Virus record (IMG/VR): IMGVR_UViG_3300001919_000065
Direction: 5' to 3' (one strand)
DNA length: 64,000 nucleotides
Source of the DNA: an uncultured virus (IMG/VR IMGVR_UViG_3300001919_000065)
Lineage: Duplodnaviria > Heunggongvirae > Uroviricota > Caudoviricetes
Part shown: positions 1 through 8,388 of the stretch, in pieces
Position numbering within the stretch: the first letter of the stretch is position 1
Layout of the letters: every line of letters begins with the position of its first letter
Program-made: the position numbers and the translations under genes
The notes under the pieces: generated by a model
The model's input: the letters and a program-made list of their open reading frames with translations, nothing else
What the model was told of the DNA's origin: nothing
Database searches by the model: none

Positions 1-12
1 TCAAAAAACTAT

Positions 13-40
13 TTGACAACACTCTAAAATCTGCTAAAGT
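13..40 (+). promoter_or_regulatory. sigma70-type early promoter
   Basis: TTGACA-N16-TAAAGT with TG extended -10; same unit recurs at 561, 2569, 3791. Confidence 0.75.
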
Positions 41-88
41 GGAATCATCGAAAGGGGGAACAACCCGGAACAATAAAAGAATAATACT

Positions 89-517
89 ATGAAAGAAAAT
101 GAGATTGAAGTATGGGGAACTACGGAAGCGCAAGACGTTTCATCAAACGCCGTTAATAGCCGAGGTGAAAAGTGCCGCATTGTGCGCACTTATGACTACT
201 ACCCGGACGCGCAGGAGATTCATGAACACGTCAGTATTCAGAATGCCGTTAGCATTAAACTTGTAGAGTTTAACGCTTACAAGGTGCGAGATTTGATTGA
301 AAATACAGAAAGGTTCCGTGCTCGTCTTTCCGATTGCACCACCACCGTTCCTACGTGCGAGCCGAAAACTGAACCGTATGTGAGAAGCAACTCTATTAGG
401 GTCTTCCGGGAAAGAGCCGTGCAATATTATGGCACAAACTTTGATTCTTTTACCCTTTACACAGATAGAAACTTTTTGGATATTCCTATATCTCTCGTAG
501 TTCTCTTCACCATTTAA
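89..517 (+). CDS. hypothetical early protein
   Basis: 142-aa ORF after promoter and A-rich leader. Confidence 0.7.
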   Translation: MKENEIEVWGTTEAQDVSSNAVNSRGEKCRIVRTYDYYPDAQEIHEHVSIQNAVSIKLVEFNAYKVRDLIENTERFRARLSDCTTTVPTCEPKTEPYVRSNSIRVFRERAVQYYGTNFDSFTLYTDRNFLDIPISLVVLFTI

Positions 518-560
518 GAATCAGGCACTTATGATTGTGTCATACAACTCAAAAAACAAT

Positions 561-588
561 TTGACAAGATAAGAAAATCTGATAAATT
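561..588 (+). promoter_or_regulatory. sigma70-type early promoter
   Basis: TTGACA-N16-TAAATT, TG extension. Confidence 0.75.
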
Positions 589-656
589 GAAATCATCAAC
601 GGGGGAACAACCCGGACAACGAAAAGAAACACTAAAACAATAGAAAGAATAAGACA

Positions 657-1208
657 ATGAACAATCAAATCATTAACATTCCCGCCACCACATTCACGGG
701 CCTCGCAAATCATTTCAGGAACATGCACCCGGAAGGAATCAAAGGTGCGGTAGACGTACATTCTCCGGACTTTTATGAAGGGGCGGGCCTGTATGCCTAC
801 ATTGAAGGAGATAATGACGGCGGGCGCGTCTCCGCCGTGTGGGCAATCCTTCCCACTGGTGAAATTGCCACCCTAGTAAAAAACCCGGGTGCGGTAGTCC
901 CATTGGATGACGTTTTCGGCTCTATCCGTCAGCAGGGGGGAAAGTGGCTTTTCGCACTTTCAACTGATAAGCTCGTAGACCTTTATACCTCGCAAGACTA
1001 TGTTCCCGTTGCATGGCTACAGTGGGACAACGCACAAGCCCCTGCCTCATGGGATTATAACCGCTATGGCCGTCCTAGTCCTGCGTTTTTCGTCCACCGC
1101 TACTATCTGACGCCCGCACAATGCGAGACCTACGAGGCAGGAAGGCACATGGTGTGCACCTACGATGAAGGCTTCAACCTTGTCCTCAAACTGATAAGCC
1201 GGGTTTAA
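657..1208 (+). CDS. hypothetical early protein
   Basis: 183-aa ORF with conserved leader AAAACAATAGAAAGAATAAGACA-ATG. Confidence 0.8.
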   Translation: MNNQIINIPATTFTGLANHFRNMHPEGIKGAVDVHSPDFYEGAGLYAYIEGDNDGGRVSAVWAILPTGEIATLVKNPGAVVPLDDVFGSIRQQGGKWLFALSTDKLVDLYTSQDYVPVAWLQWDNAQAPASWDYNRYGRPSPAFFVHRYYLTPAQCETYEAGRHMVCTYDEGFNLVLKLISRV

Positions 1209-1277
1209 TTTCTGAAAAATTACACCGCCCTAACATACTAACATACTAACAATAAAACAATAGAAAGAAATAAGACA

Positions 1278-1706
1278 ATGAGCATATATACAGAACACGC
1301 AAAAAGATTCCTTGAAAATTGCGGAATCCGCATTACCGGAAAGTATAAGGGAAGATATGTTCCCCTGTGGGATAAAGAGCCGCATAGTACATGGGAAATT
1401 GTCCTGCGGCGTGAAGACCGTCAGAAGGGAGAAAGGCATGCAATCTTTATCACGTTCTACCAGTCACACGCAGATAAGTACAAGACGCCCACCGCATATG
1501 ACGTGCTTGCCTGTCTGTGTAAGTCCGATTGCGGCACTTATGAGGATTTTTGTGAAGATATGGGATTGCCCGAGTATGACGAGGAAACGGGGGAACGCAA
1601 TATGCTTTCCTATAGCATGTACACGGGCGCATGTCACGAGTACGCAGAACTTAAAACCTTCTTCACCCGCCCCGGTGAATGGGAAGAGCTGGAAGAGATT
1701 TATTGA
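1278..1706 (+). CDS. conserved phage hypothetical protein
   Basis: PTAYDVLACL..D.GTYEDFC motif recalled from other phage hypotheticals; conserved leader. Confidence 0.8.
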   Translation: MSIYTEHAKRFLENCGIRITGKYKGRYVPLWDKEPHSTWEIVLRREDRQKGERHAIFITFYQSHADKYKTPTAYDVLACLCKSDCGTYEDFCEDMGLPEYDEETGERNMLSYSMYTGACHEYAELKTFFTRPGEWEELEEIY

Positions 1707-1761
1707 ACCTTGAAAAGATACGCCGCTCTATAAAATAAAACAATAGAAAGAAAACTAAGCC

Positions 1762-2151
1762 ATGAAAGACATATCAGAATTACATATCAGAAAGGAAATG
1801 AAAGTAGAAGGCAACGGAAAAGTTCACCTTACCATTGAAAGCTTTAATTCCTTGCACCGAAAAGAGTATACCCTTTCCCCCGCCATGTGGGCAGCTTCGG
1901 AAGTACTACAGGACAAGACGGCCAAGCCGGGAAGCATGTACCTGAAAGATACGTTTTCTATCTATCGGATTGGTGCTTATGACGTTATGATAATTTCATC
2001 CGTGAATGAATCTCCATATTTAACCCTTGAAAGATTATCGCTAGCGGAAAAGATAGCATGGCTTCCTTTCGGCATTGAAAACGTCCAACAGGTAGAAGAT
2101 ACCTGGCATTCTAATTCACAACATGTATCTTATCTGCGTATCATTCAATGA
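1762..2151 (+). CDS. hypothetical early protein
   Basis: 129-aa ORF, conserved leader. Confidence 0.75.
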   Translation: MKDISELHIRKEMKVEGNGKVHLTIESFNSLHRKEYTLSPAMWAASEVLQDKTAKPGSMYLKDTFSIYRIGAYDVMIISSVNESPYLTLERLSLAEKIAWLPFGIENVQQVEDTWHSNSQHVSYLRIIQ

Positions 2152-2227
2152 ATATGAAACCCGTTAAAGCTGAATAATTACACCGCCCTAACATATTAAC
2201 AATAAAACAACAGAAAGAAATAAGACA

Positions 2228-2530
2228 ATGAATGAAGACGAAAAGAAAAAGGCAATCGATATTTTAGCCGCTCATATCCGGGAAACACGCCCCTATCTTT
2301 TCCAGTTGTCCGCACGCCATGATGAAGAGCTGGAACTAATCGCCGCACTAGCGGAAGCAACCGGAAGCAAGCTTACCTTGCTTGTCAGGGGCCGGGAATC
2401 TGGGGAAATGCGGGCAATCAACATTGCGGACTATCGCCCTCATGAAATGGTAGTCAGCCGTGCCTTTATTTCAGACCCACTATGTCTCGCACTGGAGGAA
2501 GCGGGCGCAAGGATTGTGTATAACCGTTAA
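2228..2530 (+). CDS. hypothetical early protein
   Basis: 100-aa ORF, conserved leader. Confidence 0.75.
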   Translation: MNEDEKKKAIDILAAHIRETRPYLFQLSARHDEELELIAALAEATGSKLTLLVRGRESGEMRAINIADYRPHEMVVSRAFISDPLCLALEEAGARIVYNR

Positions 2531-2568
2531 GTTCCCCCCTGAAAAATTACACCGCCCTAAAAAAGTAT

Positions 2569-2626
2569 TTGACAAGATAATAAAATCCGATAAACTAAAA
2601 TCAGCAAGCGGGAGATTGTCTCCCGC
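2569..2626 (+). promoter_or_regulatory. early promoter plus 5' stem-loop
   Basis: TTGACA-N16-TAAACT; hairpin GCGGGAGA-TTG-TCTCCCGC at 2608-2626. Confidence 0.8.
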
Positions 2627-2654
2627 ATAACCTCAAACCTAAAAAGCATATATC

Positions 2655-2984
2655 ATGAACACTCAAATCACATTACAAGACAACGAAAACCCGGCATGGG
2701 CATTCTACGAAAACGGCGAAGGCCTTCTGTCTCTTATCTTTTTCGCCAAGTCATCCTCGCATGCACGCCCCATTGCCGCCCTGCTTAACATATACCCGTG
2801 GGACGCCCTGCCCACAATAGATGATTCTGACATTGTGCGCTTGTGGCAGGCGGTGAAAGAAAATGAGTTAGGGGCTTGGTGTACCTACGACCCGGCGGAA
2901 ATTAACCGGTATCTGGAACAACGGTTCTGCCAGCCAGTAGCTAAAGCTTCCCATGCTCAATTATTCCCGCTTCCCATTGAATAA
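2655..2984 (+). CDS. hypothetical early protein
   Basis: 109-aa ORF after promoter. Confidence 0.75.
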   Translation: MNTQITLQDNENPAWAFYENGEGLLSLIFFAKSSSHARPIAALLNIYPWDALPTIDDSDIVRLWQAVKENELGAWCTYDPAEINRYLEQRFCQPVAKASHAQLFPLPIE

Positions 2985-3038
2985 CTACGCCGCCCTATAA
3001 AATCAAACAACAATAAAACAATAGAAAGCAACCATATT

Positions 3039-3569
3039 ATGAAGACTACAACTAAACCGGAAGTTCTTAAAGTATCAGACTATGCCCTTATCCATGACAT
3101 TCCCACCTATGCCCTCAATTACTTGGCGTGTGGGGAAGATGAAAGCCTCGCCCCTGACGACATTGAAAACATTGAAGAGTGGGAAAAAGATTATTTCCTA
3201 GTTTGCCCTGTGGACGACCAGCCGGAAGCACATTTCACCAGCACGCCCGCCTTTGGCTTGCCCTGTGACTGTGTAAAATACTATGTCCTGCCCCGCTACA
3301 TGGGCGCCGTCCTGTCATGGATAAATCCGGGTTGTCGGATGACTAACTGCTACCTTGAACTCAAGCTTACAGACGGAAGCCGGGTAAAGGTGTACCTGAA
3401 AGGAAATCAAACCCTGCGTAGTACTATCCGCAACCTGATTGGCTTGGTAGAAACGGGACATACTTTCACCGATATGAATGGGCACAATGTATCGCCCCGT
3501 CCCCGTGATATCGTTAATTTCTGGGTTCGGACGATGCACGGCCAAACACTGGCAACTGGAAGAATATAA
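3039..3569 (+). CDS. hypothetical protein (N-terminus DUF6926-like)
   Basis: IPTYALNYL..G....L...D...I..W and F...PAFGLPCDC pattern; conserved leader. Confidence 0.7.
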   Translation: MKTTTKPEVLKVSDYALIHDIPTYALNYLACGEDESLAPDDIENIEEWEKDYFLVCPVDDQPEAHFTSTPAFGLPCDCVKYYVLPRYMGAVLSWINPGCRMTNCYLELKLTDGSRVKVYLKGNQTLRSTIRNLIGLVETGHTFTDMNGHNVSPRPRDIVNFWVRTMHGQTLATGRI

Positions 3570-3601
3570 ACCACTTGCGGCTTGTTCCGGGGAATCAAAA
3601 T

Positions 3602-3617
3602 TGTTCCACGTGGAACA
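3602..3617. promoter_or_regulatory. parS: parS-like centromere site (ParB binding)
   Basis: Perfect 16-bp palindrome TGTTCCACGTGGAACA; fits the chromosomal parS consensus TGTTNCACGTGAAACA with one symmetric substitution. Confidence 0.75.
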
Positions 3618-3758
3618 TTTAAACCCCGGAATCCCCGGAACCCGTCAAATAACTCTAACCAAATAGAAAGAAAAAGTAGAAAGACAAAGGAATAATTCCC
3701 GCCCCCGGAATGCGGGGGATATCGGGTGCAACGGGTTCCGGGGATTCCGGGGTTTAAA
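3618..3758. repeat. 28-bp perfect inverted repeat with 85-bp spacer
   Basis: TTTAAACCCCGGAATCCCCGGAACCCGT (3618-3645) and its reverse complement (3731-3758). Confidence 0.95.
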
Positions 3759-3790
3759 GCTGAATAACTACGCCGCTCTATAAAAAGTAT

Positions 3791-3847
3791 TTGACAAGAT
3801 AAGAAAATCTGCTAAACTAAAATCATCCAGCGGGGGACAAACCCCGC
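3791..3847 (+). promoter_or_regulatory. early promoter plus 5' stem-loop
   Basis: TTGACA-N16-TAAACT; hairpin GCGGGG..CCCCGC at 3830-3847. Confidence 0.8.
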
Positions 3848-3891
3848 AACAATAAACCAAACAACAATAAACTAATAGAAAGAATAAGACA

Positions 3892-4659
3892 ATGAATACT
3901 ACATCCGCAAACCTCAACAGTGCCGCCGCAATCAACGCCCTTACTGAACGGGCAAATGCCGCTATCGATGCCGCCGTAGACAAGGTGCGTAACGACCTCA
4001 TGGAGAATAACCTCATGGAGAATAACCTCGTGGGTGACTATGTCATCTCGGTGCGCAACATGGGGCATAACCTGAAACAGGTTGTCCGAGATAATGCCGC
4101 CTATGGTCTGGCCGCCCTTATTACTCACCGCATGCTGGCACTAGTGGCCGAACGCCTCCACCAGTTTGAAGGCAAGGTCTATAACGTCCGAGTAGAACGG
4201 ATGATGAATGACTGTCTGGCCGCCGCAATCGAACAAAGCGTTGAAGCGGACATTAAAATCCGAGCCTATATAGATAGGAGTCACTACTCATGGCCGCAAG
4301 TGGTGTTTCATCATATCCTCCCCGGCATGTATGATGCCGTGAATATTTCCTTTAACTTTGACGTCAATGAGCTGACGCAGGGGCAGAAGCGGATTGTCAC
4401 CGGGAGGGACATGGAGAAATTCATTGAAGGAATCTTCAATGATATGGTTCGCCTTGATACCAAGCTTCAAGAAATTGAAGATTCAAACTACCGCATTTGC
4501 AATTCCGACTACGTGTGCGCCTATTTTACACAAGCCGTTAAAGTGGAAGAACAAGTGGAGAGCTTGAAGCAAGGCCTTAAAAACCTGACTGGTGTACAAT
4601 ACTATCGCTTCGACTATAACCACACCCCCGTTTCTACCCTTCCCTCCTACAGGGCATGA
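3892..4659 (+). CDS. hypothetical protein
   Basis: 255-aa ORF; internal 15-bp tandem repeat (LMENN) at about 3995-4033. Confidence 0.8.
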   Translation: MNTTSANLNSAAAINALTERANAAIDAAVDKVRNDLMENNLMENNLVGDYVISVRNMGHNLKQVVRDNAAYGLAALITHRMLALVAERLHQFEGKVYNVRVERMMNDCLAAAIEQSVEADIKIRAYIDRSHYSWPQVVFHHILPGMYDAVNISFNFDVNELTQGQKRIVTGRDMEKFIEGIFNDMVRLDTKLQEIEDSNYRICNSDYVCAYFTQAVKVEEQVESLKQGLKNLTGVQYYRFDYNHTPVSTLPSYRA

Positions 4660-4728
4660 CTTAAACCCCGCCCCAGCTACCCTATTTATTAGAACCCTCA
4701 AATAACTCTAACCAAACAATAAAACACC

Positions 4729-5058
4729 ATGAGAACCTACATTGAAAAATTAGGCAAGGAATACATTGAAGGCAGAAAAGAAAGTGGCAAGTCTCCCTTG
4801 CGGACTGGATTATACGGAGAGCGTTTGCGCTCCATGTCATGGAAGCGCACCCGACTTTTCTCCTATCAAACGCACGTTGCCACCGTCGACCGCCAAGGTA
4901 AAGTTCTGTATGTTACGACCAAAGAATATTCACAAACCACTACCCGGCAAATGCGGGATATGGAACGGCTCGCAAGTTGCAACGGCTTTCATATCGTACC
5001 TACCGAACGCGTTGAAGCCTATGCAAATATCCTTGAAGGACAGTATCATACATACTAA
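4729..5058 (+). CDS. conserved phage hypothetical protein
   Basis: LFSYQTHVA...YSQTTTRQ motif typical of a small phage family. Confidence 0.75.
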   Translation: MRTYIEKLGKEYIEGRKESGKSPLRTGLYGERLRSMSWKRTRLFSYQTHVATVDRQGKVLYVTTKEYSQTTTRQMRDMERLASCNGFHIVPTERVEAYANILEGQYHTY

Positions 5059-5119
5059 AGTAAAAACCTGATAGAGTATTATCTTTTCTCTTAGAACCAA
5101 CAAAGAACACTACAAAATT

Positions 5120-5725
5120 ATGACTGCATTTGACATTGATATTAAGGGCAGGAAACGTGATGAACTTTCCCGCACGGAATGGCTTAAACTCACAAATCGA
5201 ATCAATAAACTTCAACCTGCAATCTTTTCTTTTAAGGCTGGTGTAATATCCCATAGGATAGACAGGCCTTCCGAGTGGGATGGAGAAGGCACGGTGTATG
5301 TTAAGCCGTACATGCGGCCCTACGCAATCGAACTGGAACGCACACACAATGGTGCGTGCATTGTCCGGCTCCACAAGTTGAAGTGGAATGGCACGGTGTG
5401 GAAACTTGCGGAAACGGCGGCTCTGACTGTAGGGGATGCTATAGAACTGGCAAAGCACTTTATTGCGGTGGTTAATCAGAACTGGCAGGAAGTGGGGTTG
5501 CGTATTGCGCAGGAAGCGGGGGCGGTGGACTTCATGGTTGACGGTAGCCTCACCTATATGCGCTTCCGATTCCTCACACCCGATAAGGAATCCATGAATA
5601 AACTTAACTCCATAAAGGTTCGCAAGATAGCGGAACGTTTCTTCCTCCCCTGCATGGTGAAGTTTACGAGCAACAAATGGCACGATGAATTGAATCTGGA
5701 AACCGTGAAGCTCGTACTCCGTTGA
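5120..5725 (+). CDS. hypothetical protein
   Basis: 201-aa ORF in + strand operon. Confidence 0.75.
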   Translation: MTAFDIDIKGRKRDELSRTEWLKLTNRINKLQPAIFSFKAGVISHRIDRPSEWDGEGTVYVKPYMRPYAIELERTHNGACIVRLHKLKWNGTVWKLAETAALTVGDAIELAKHFIAVVNQNWQEVGLRIAQEAGAVDFMVDGSLTYMRFRFLTPDKESMNKLNSIKVRKIAERFFLPCMVKFTSNKWHDELNLETVKLVLR

Positions 5726-5755
5726 ACCCTTAGAACCCTCACATAGCTCTATAGT

Positions 5756-6109
5756 ATGACCTCCGAAAAAGAATCTAACGTCGTCATCCTCCGCAAGAAC
5801 TGTCTCCACCACATCGGGCGAGCCGATAGGCTTCATGCCTTGTGGAGCCTCGTGGAGCACCTGCACTCGGTAGTGGACATTGTTGCCCTCGTAAGTGCAC
5901 TGGTTTGTTTAGGTTATCTCCTTGCCACTGGTGAACTTCTCGTATCGTACCTTACATGGTGCATCATCATCACGGGCTGGTTTGTCTTCCAGCTACTGGT
6001 AGAGTGGGGCATTGACATCATACGCCGACGCCTAAAGCGGCATCAGTTGGAGGCAAATCGCCTCGCCCGTTGCCTTGAAGACATGGGATTCACTCGCCCC
6101 CTCTTCTAA
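5756..6109 (+). CDS. membrane protein (2 predicted TM helices)
   Basis: Hydrophobic segments IVALVSALVCLGYLLA and LTWCIIITGWFVFQLLV. Confidence 0.7.
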   Translation: MTSEKESNVVILRKNCLHHIGRADRLHALWSLVEHLHSVVDIVALVSALVCLGYLLATGELLVSYLTWCIIITGWFVFQLLVEWGIDIIRRRLKRHQLEANRLARCLEDMGFTRPLF

Positions 6110-6140
6110 TTAGAAACCTCACATAGCTCTAGAAATTATC

Positions 6141-6494
6141 ATGGAGAATTTTGACCTGATACTTAGCCAAGCAGAAACCATGACGGGAAGGAAGCCGTAC
6201 CCTGATAAGCCGAAAGAGCAGGACCCCCTTGCAGTCAGCTTCAAAATATCTAATCAGAAAAAGCGGATGCTATTCTGTCTTCAACAAACAATATCCTCAA
6301 AGACTAATGAAAACATCTTCCCCATACGAACCTATAGGTTGCCCTATTCTATGGTTGTCAAGGATATATTCATTTATCTGTGCGGGTACGTCCCAGATAG
6401 CGTGACCTTCGTAATATCTCGTGACGGCATCTTCCTTTACCTTGAATCCAGTGAGGACGGCTACCCAACTATTCGCTGGAAACTGGATATTTAG
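6141..6494 (+). CDS. hypothetical protein
   Basis: 117-aa ORF flanked by motif 2. Confidence 0.7.
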   Translation: MENFDLILSQAETMTGRKPYPDKPKEQDPLAVSFKISNQKKRMLFCLQQTISSKTNENIFPIRTYRLPYSMVVKDIFIYLCGYVPDSVTFVISRDGIFLYLESSEDGYPTIRWKLDI

Positions 6495-6528
6495 AAACCC
6501 CACATCGCTCTACAAAAACAAAACAGAT

Positions 6529-7104
6529 ATGAAACCTATTGCACTCGCTCAACAAATCATGCTCCTTCATTCTTGGGCACGGGATAATAATGGTCGTACC
6601 GGAAAACTTGGAAGCCCTATGGTTCTTCCTGCCCATGTCAAGGGAGAGTTCTATATTCCCCGGAACCCGGAGGATAATAGTCTCCAATCTGAACAGACCA
6701 AATTCCAGATTGAATCCTTCGGTATTGGGGAGGTATTCACGTCAGGCATCTTCTTTGCGGTTAGGACACTCTACGACCCGAATGCCTATGAGGATAGAAC
6801 GGTGCGCATCATTCGTCTCAACTACCATAAGGTGAAGCGCGGAGAAAACCATGATTATGCCACCCTATTTTCCTACCATAATTTTTACGCCGTTAGGTAT
6901 AGCAAAACCCTTTACGATGCTATGTTTAAGGCTCGTCCATCTCTTGCCTGTTCCGTTAAATTGGGTTGTATATTTCCTACGGAGCCGGGTGCGGAGATTC
7001 TGTCCATGACGCCTGACCACATGGTGCTTAACATGAGCACGCTATCTAAGGATGAAATCCTCTCGCTCCACAAAGATTCCTTCCAATGCAATCTAAGAGT
7101 TTAA
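6529..7104 (+). CDS. hypothetical protein
   Basis: Start re-called to ATG 6529 (MKPIALAQ) after motif 2 and A-rich leader. Confidence 0.7.
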   Translation: MKPIALAQQIMLLHSWARDNNGRTGKLGSPMVLPAHVKGEFYIPRNPEDNSLQSEQTKFQIESFGIGEVFTSGIFFAVRTLYDPNAYEDRTVRIIRLNYHKVKRGENHDYATLFSYHNFYAVRYSKTLYDAMFKARPSLACSVKLGCIFPTEPGAEILSMTPDHMVLNMSTLSKDEILSLHKDSFQCNLRV

Positions 7105-7218
7105 CCCAACAATTTCTTGCACTCCTTCGGGTTTCCCGTTTAACTCGGGAGATAATGGAGGAACAGAAAAAAGAATACGAACGAAATCCAAAAAGTTATA
7201 ACCACTACTATCAAGAAT

Positions 7219-7755
7219 ATGTTAGAACCCAAAGACTATCAAAAATATATCGACGAGGACATCAACCCCGGTGACTACATTGTCAGAGAACTGGGTGGAG
7301 AGTATTACGTGGGACAGGTAGTCGAGCTTTCCCCGAACTTCTACAGATACAAAGTCTTAAATGCTTTCCCTCTGGGTGAGGGGGTTGTCCGTCATAATGA
7401 AGCAATCAAATGTTACCCTACACCTCTTCGGAAGTTTAAGGAGGGGGACGAGGTAATTTGTAGAGAACATATAGGTAAATGGACTGTAATGGAGGACGAG
7501 AAGGATTCCGTTCTTGTAGGTATTAAGGATAAATGTACAGGTACTATCAAAGCAGTAACCCCTTCCTCTCTTCTTCTCATCAGGCCAATCGACCTGCATT
7601 ATCGGTTCAGAGTTATCGACGGAGCTATTTGGGACTTCAAGAAGAACAAGTCCTTACGCGTCGACCCTCCATGTGAGGGAACAACCGAAATGGAACGTCT
7701 CTGCAATCTTCTGAATGAATTAGACAGAAACGAAGAAACTTCTCTTGACAAATAA
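7219..7755 (+). CDS. tandem SH3/KOW-like small beta-barrel protein
   Basis: INPGDYIV and KFKEGDEV motifs. Confidence 0.6.
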   Translation: MLEPKDYQKYIDEDINPGDYIVRELGGEYYVGQVVELSPNFYRYKVLNAFPLGEGVVRHNEAIKCYPTPLRKFKEGDEVICREHIGKWTVMEDEKDSVLVGIKDKCTGTIKAVTPSSLLLIRPIDLHYRFRVIDGAIWDFKKNKSLRVDPPCEGTTEMERLCNLLNELDRNEETSLDK

Positions 7756-7772
7756 TAAAACCCAGATACTAT
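7745..7772 (+). promoter_or_regulatory. sigma70-type promoter
   Basis: TTGACA-N16-TACTAT, 9 nt before ATG 7782. Confidence 0.7.
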
Positions 7773-7781
7773 TATCCGCAC

Positions 7782-8384
7782 ATGAATAATACTACAGAAC
7801 CAAACAAATTGAGCCTCGATAATATTCAGGAAGAGGTAGCCCGCATTCTCACCGAACCGAAGTCTATCATGTTGAAGGAAAGACTGCAACGGGAGTGGGA
7901 TGCAGTCCCCGCATTCAACCTGCCCATCGACGCGCCTGCGGAGGCGGTTGCCGAGAAGGCTCTTGAACTGGGAGACTACGCCGCCAACCTCTTTGATATT
8001 GAACCCCCGCCGCTGGCGGGAGTTCAGTTCATCATGGCAGAAGTCGCCGAGAACCTCGTCACTGTAAAGGAATACATTGCCTTTATGCAGGAGCTTGAGA
8101 ACCCCGGCAAGGCGTGCAATATCTTTACAGATTCCCACGTCATGATTAAGGCACTCGTCCTCTTCATGGCCATTCACCTCTTGGTAGCGTATGCCAGTCA
8201 GAACGACCCGGACCGCATTGATGAAGAGAAGGGAGGCATCTCCGCATTCCGTCTCTTCTCCGTGGCAAGCAATGTAATTTCCATGAACCTGATGGAACAA
8301 TCCACTCTTACCTTCGTAGATAAGTCGGAGCTTGCCGAGAAGGAAGCTAACGCCCGTAAAATTATTCTGCCTCACGAAGCATAA
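7782..8384 (+). CDS. hypothetical protein
   Basis: 200-aa ORF. Confidence 0.75.
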   Translation: MNNTTEPNKLSLDNIQEEVARILTEPKSIMLKERLQREWDAVPAFNLPIDAPAEAVAEKALELGDYAANLFDIEPPPLAGVQFIMAEVAENLVTVKEYIAFMQELENPGKACNIFTDSHVMIKALVLFMAIHLLVAYASQNDPDRIDEEKGGISAFRLFSVASNVISMNLMEQSTLTFVDKSELAEKEANARKIILPHEA

Positions 8385-8388
8385 AGCA

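Larger units (their letters stand above)
1221..3780 (+). repeat. intergenic motif 1 TACRCCGCYCTA, six dispersed copies
   Basis: Copies at 1221, 1719, 2179, 2548, 2986, 3769; five lie just downstream of a stop codon, the sixth follows the 3618-3758 inverted repeat. Confidence 0.9.
4689..6512 (+). repeat. intergenic motif 2 TTAGAAMCCYCAMATMRCTCTA, four copies
   Basis: Copies at 4689, 5730, 6110, 6491; partial copies at about 3638, 5091, 12455. Confidence 0.85.

Noticed and set aside
1211..3790. Early intergenic repeats as a CRISPR array or integron attC sites
   Set aside because: Spacers are whole genes of variable length, the repeats lack attC GTTRRRY-bounded palindromes, and no integrase or cas operon is present.
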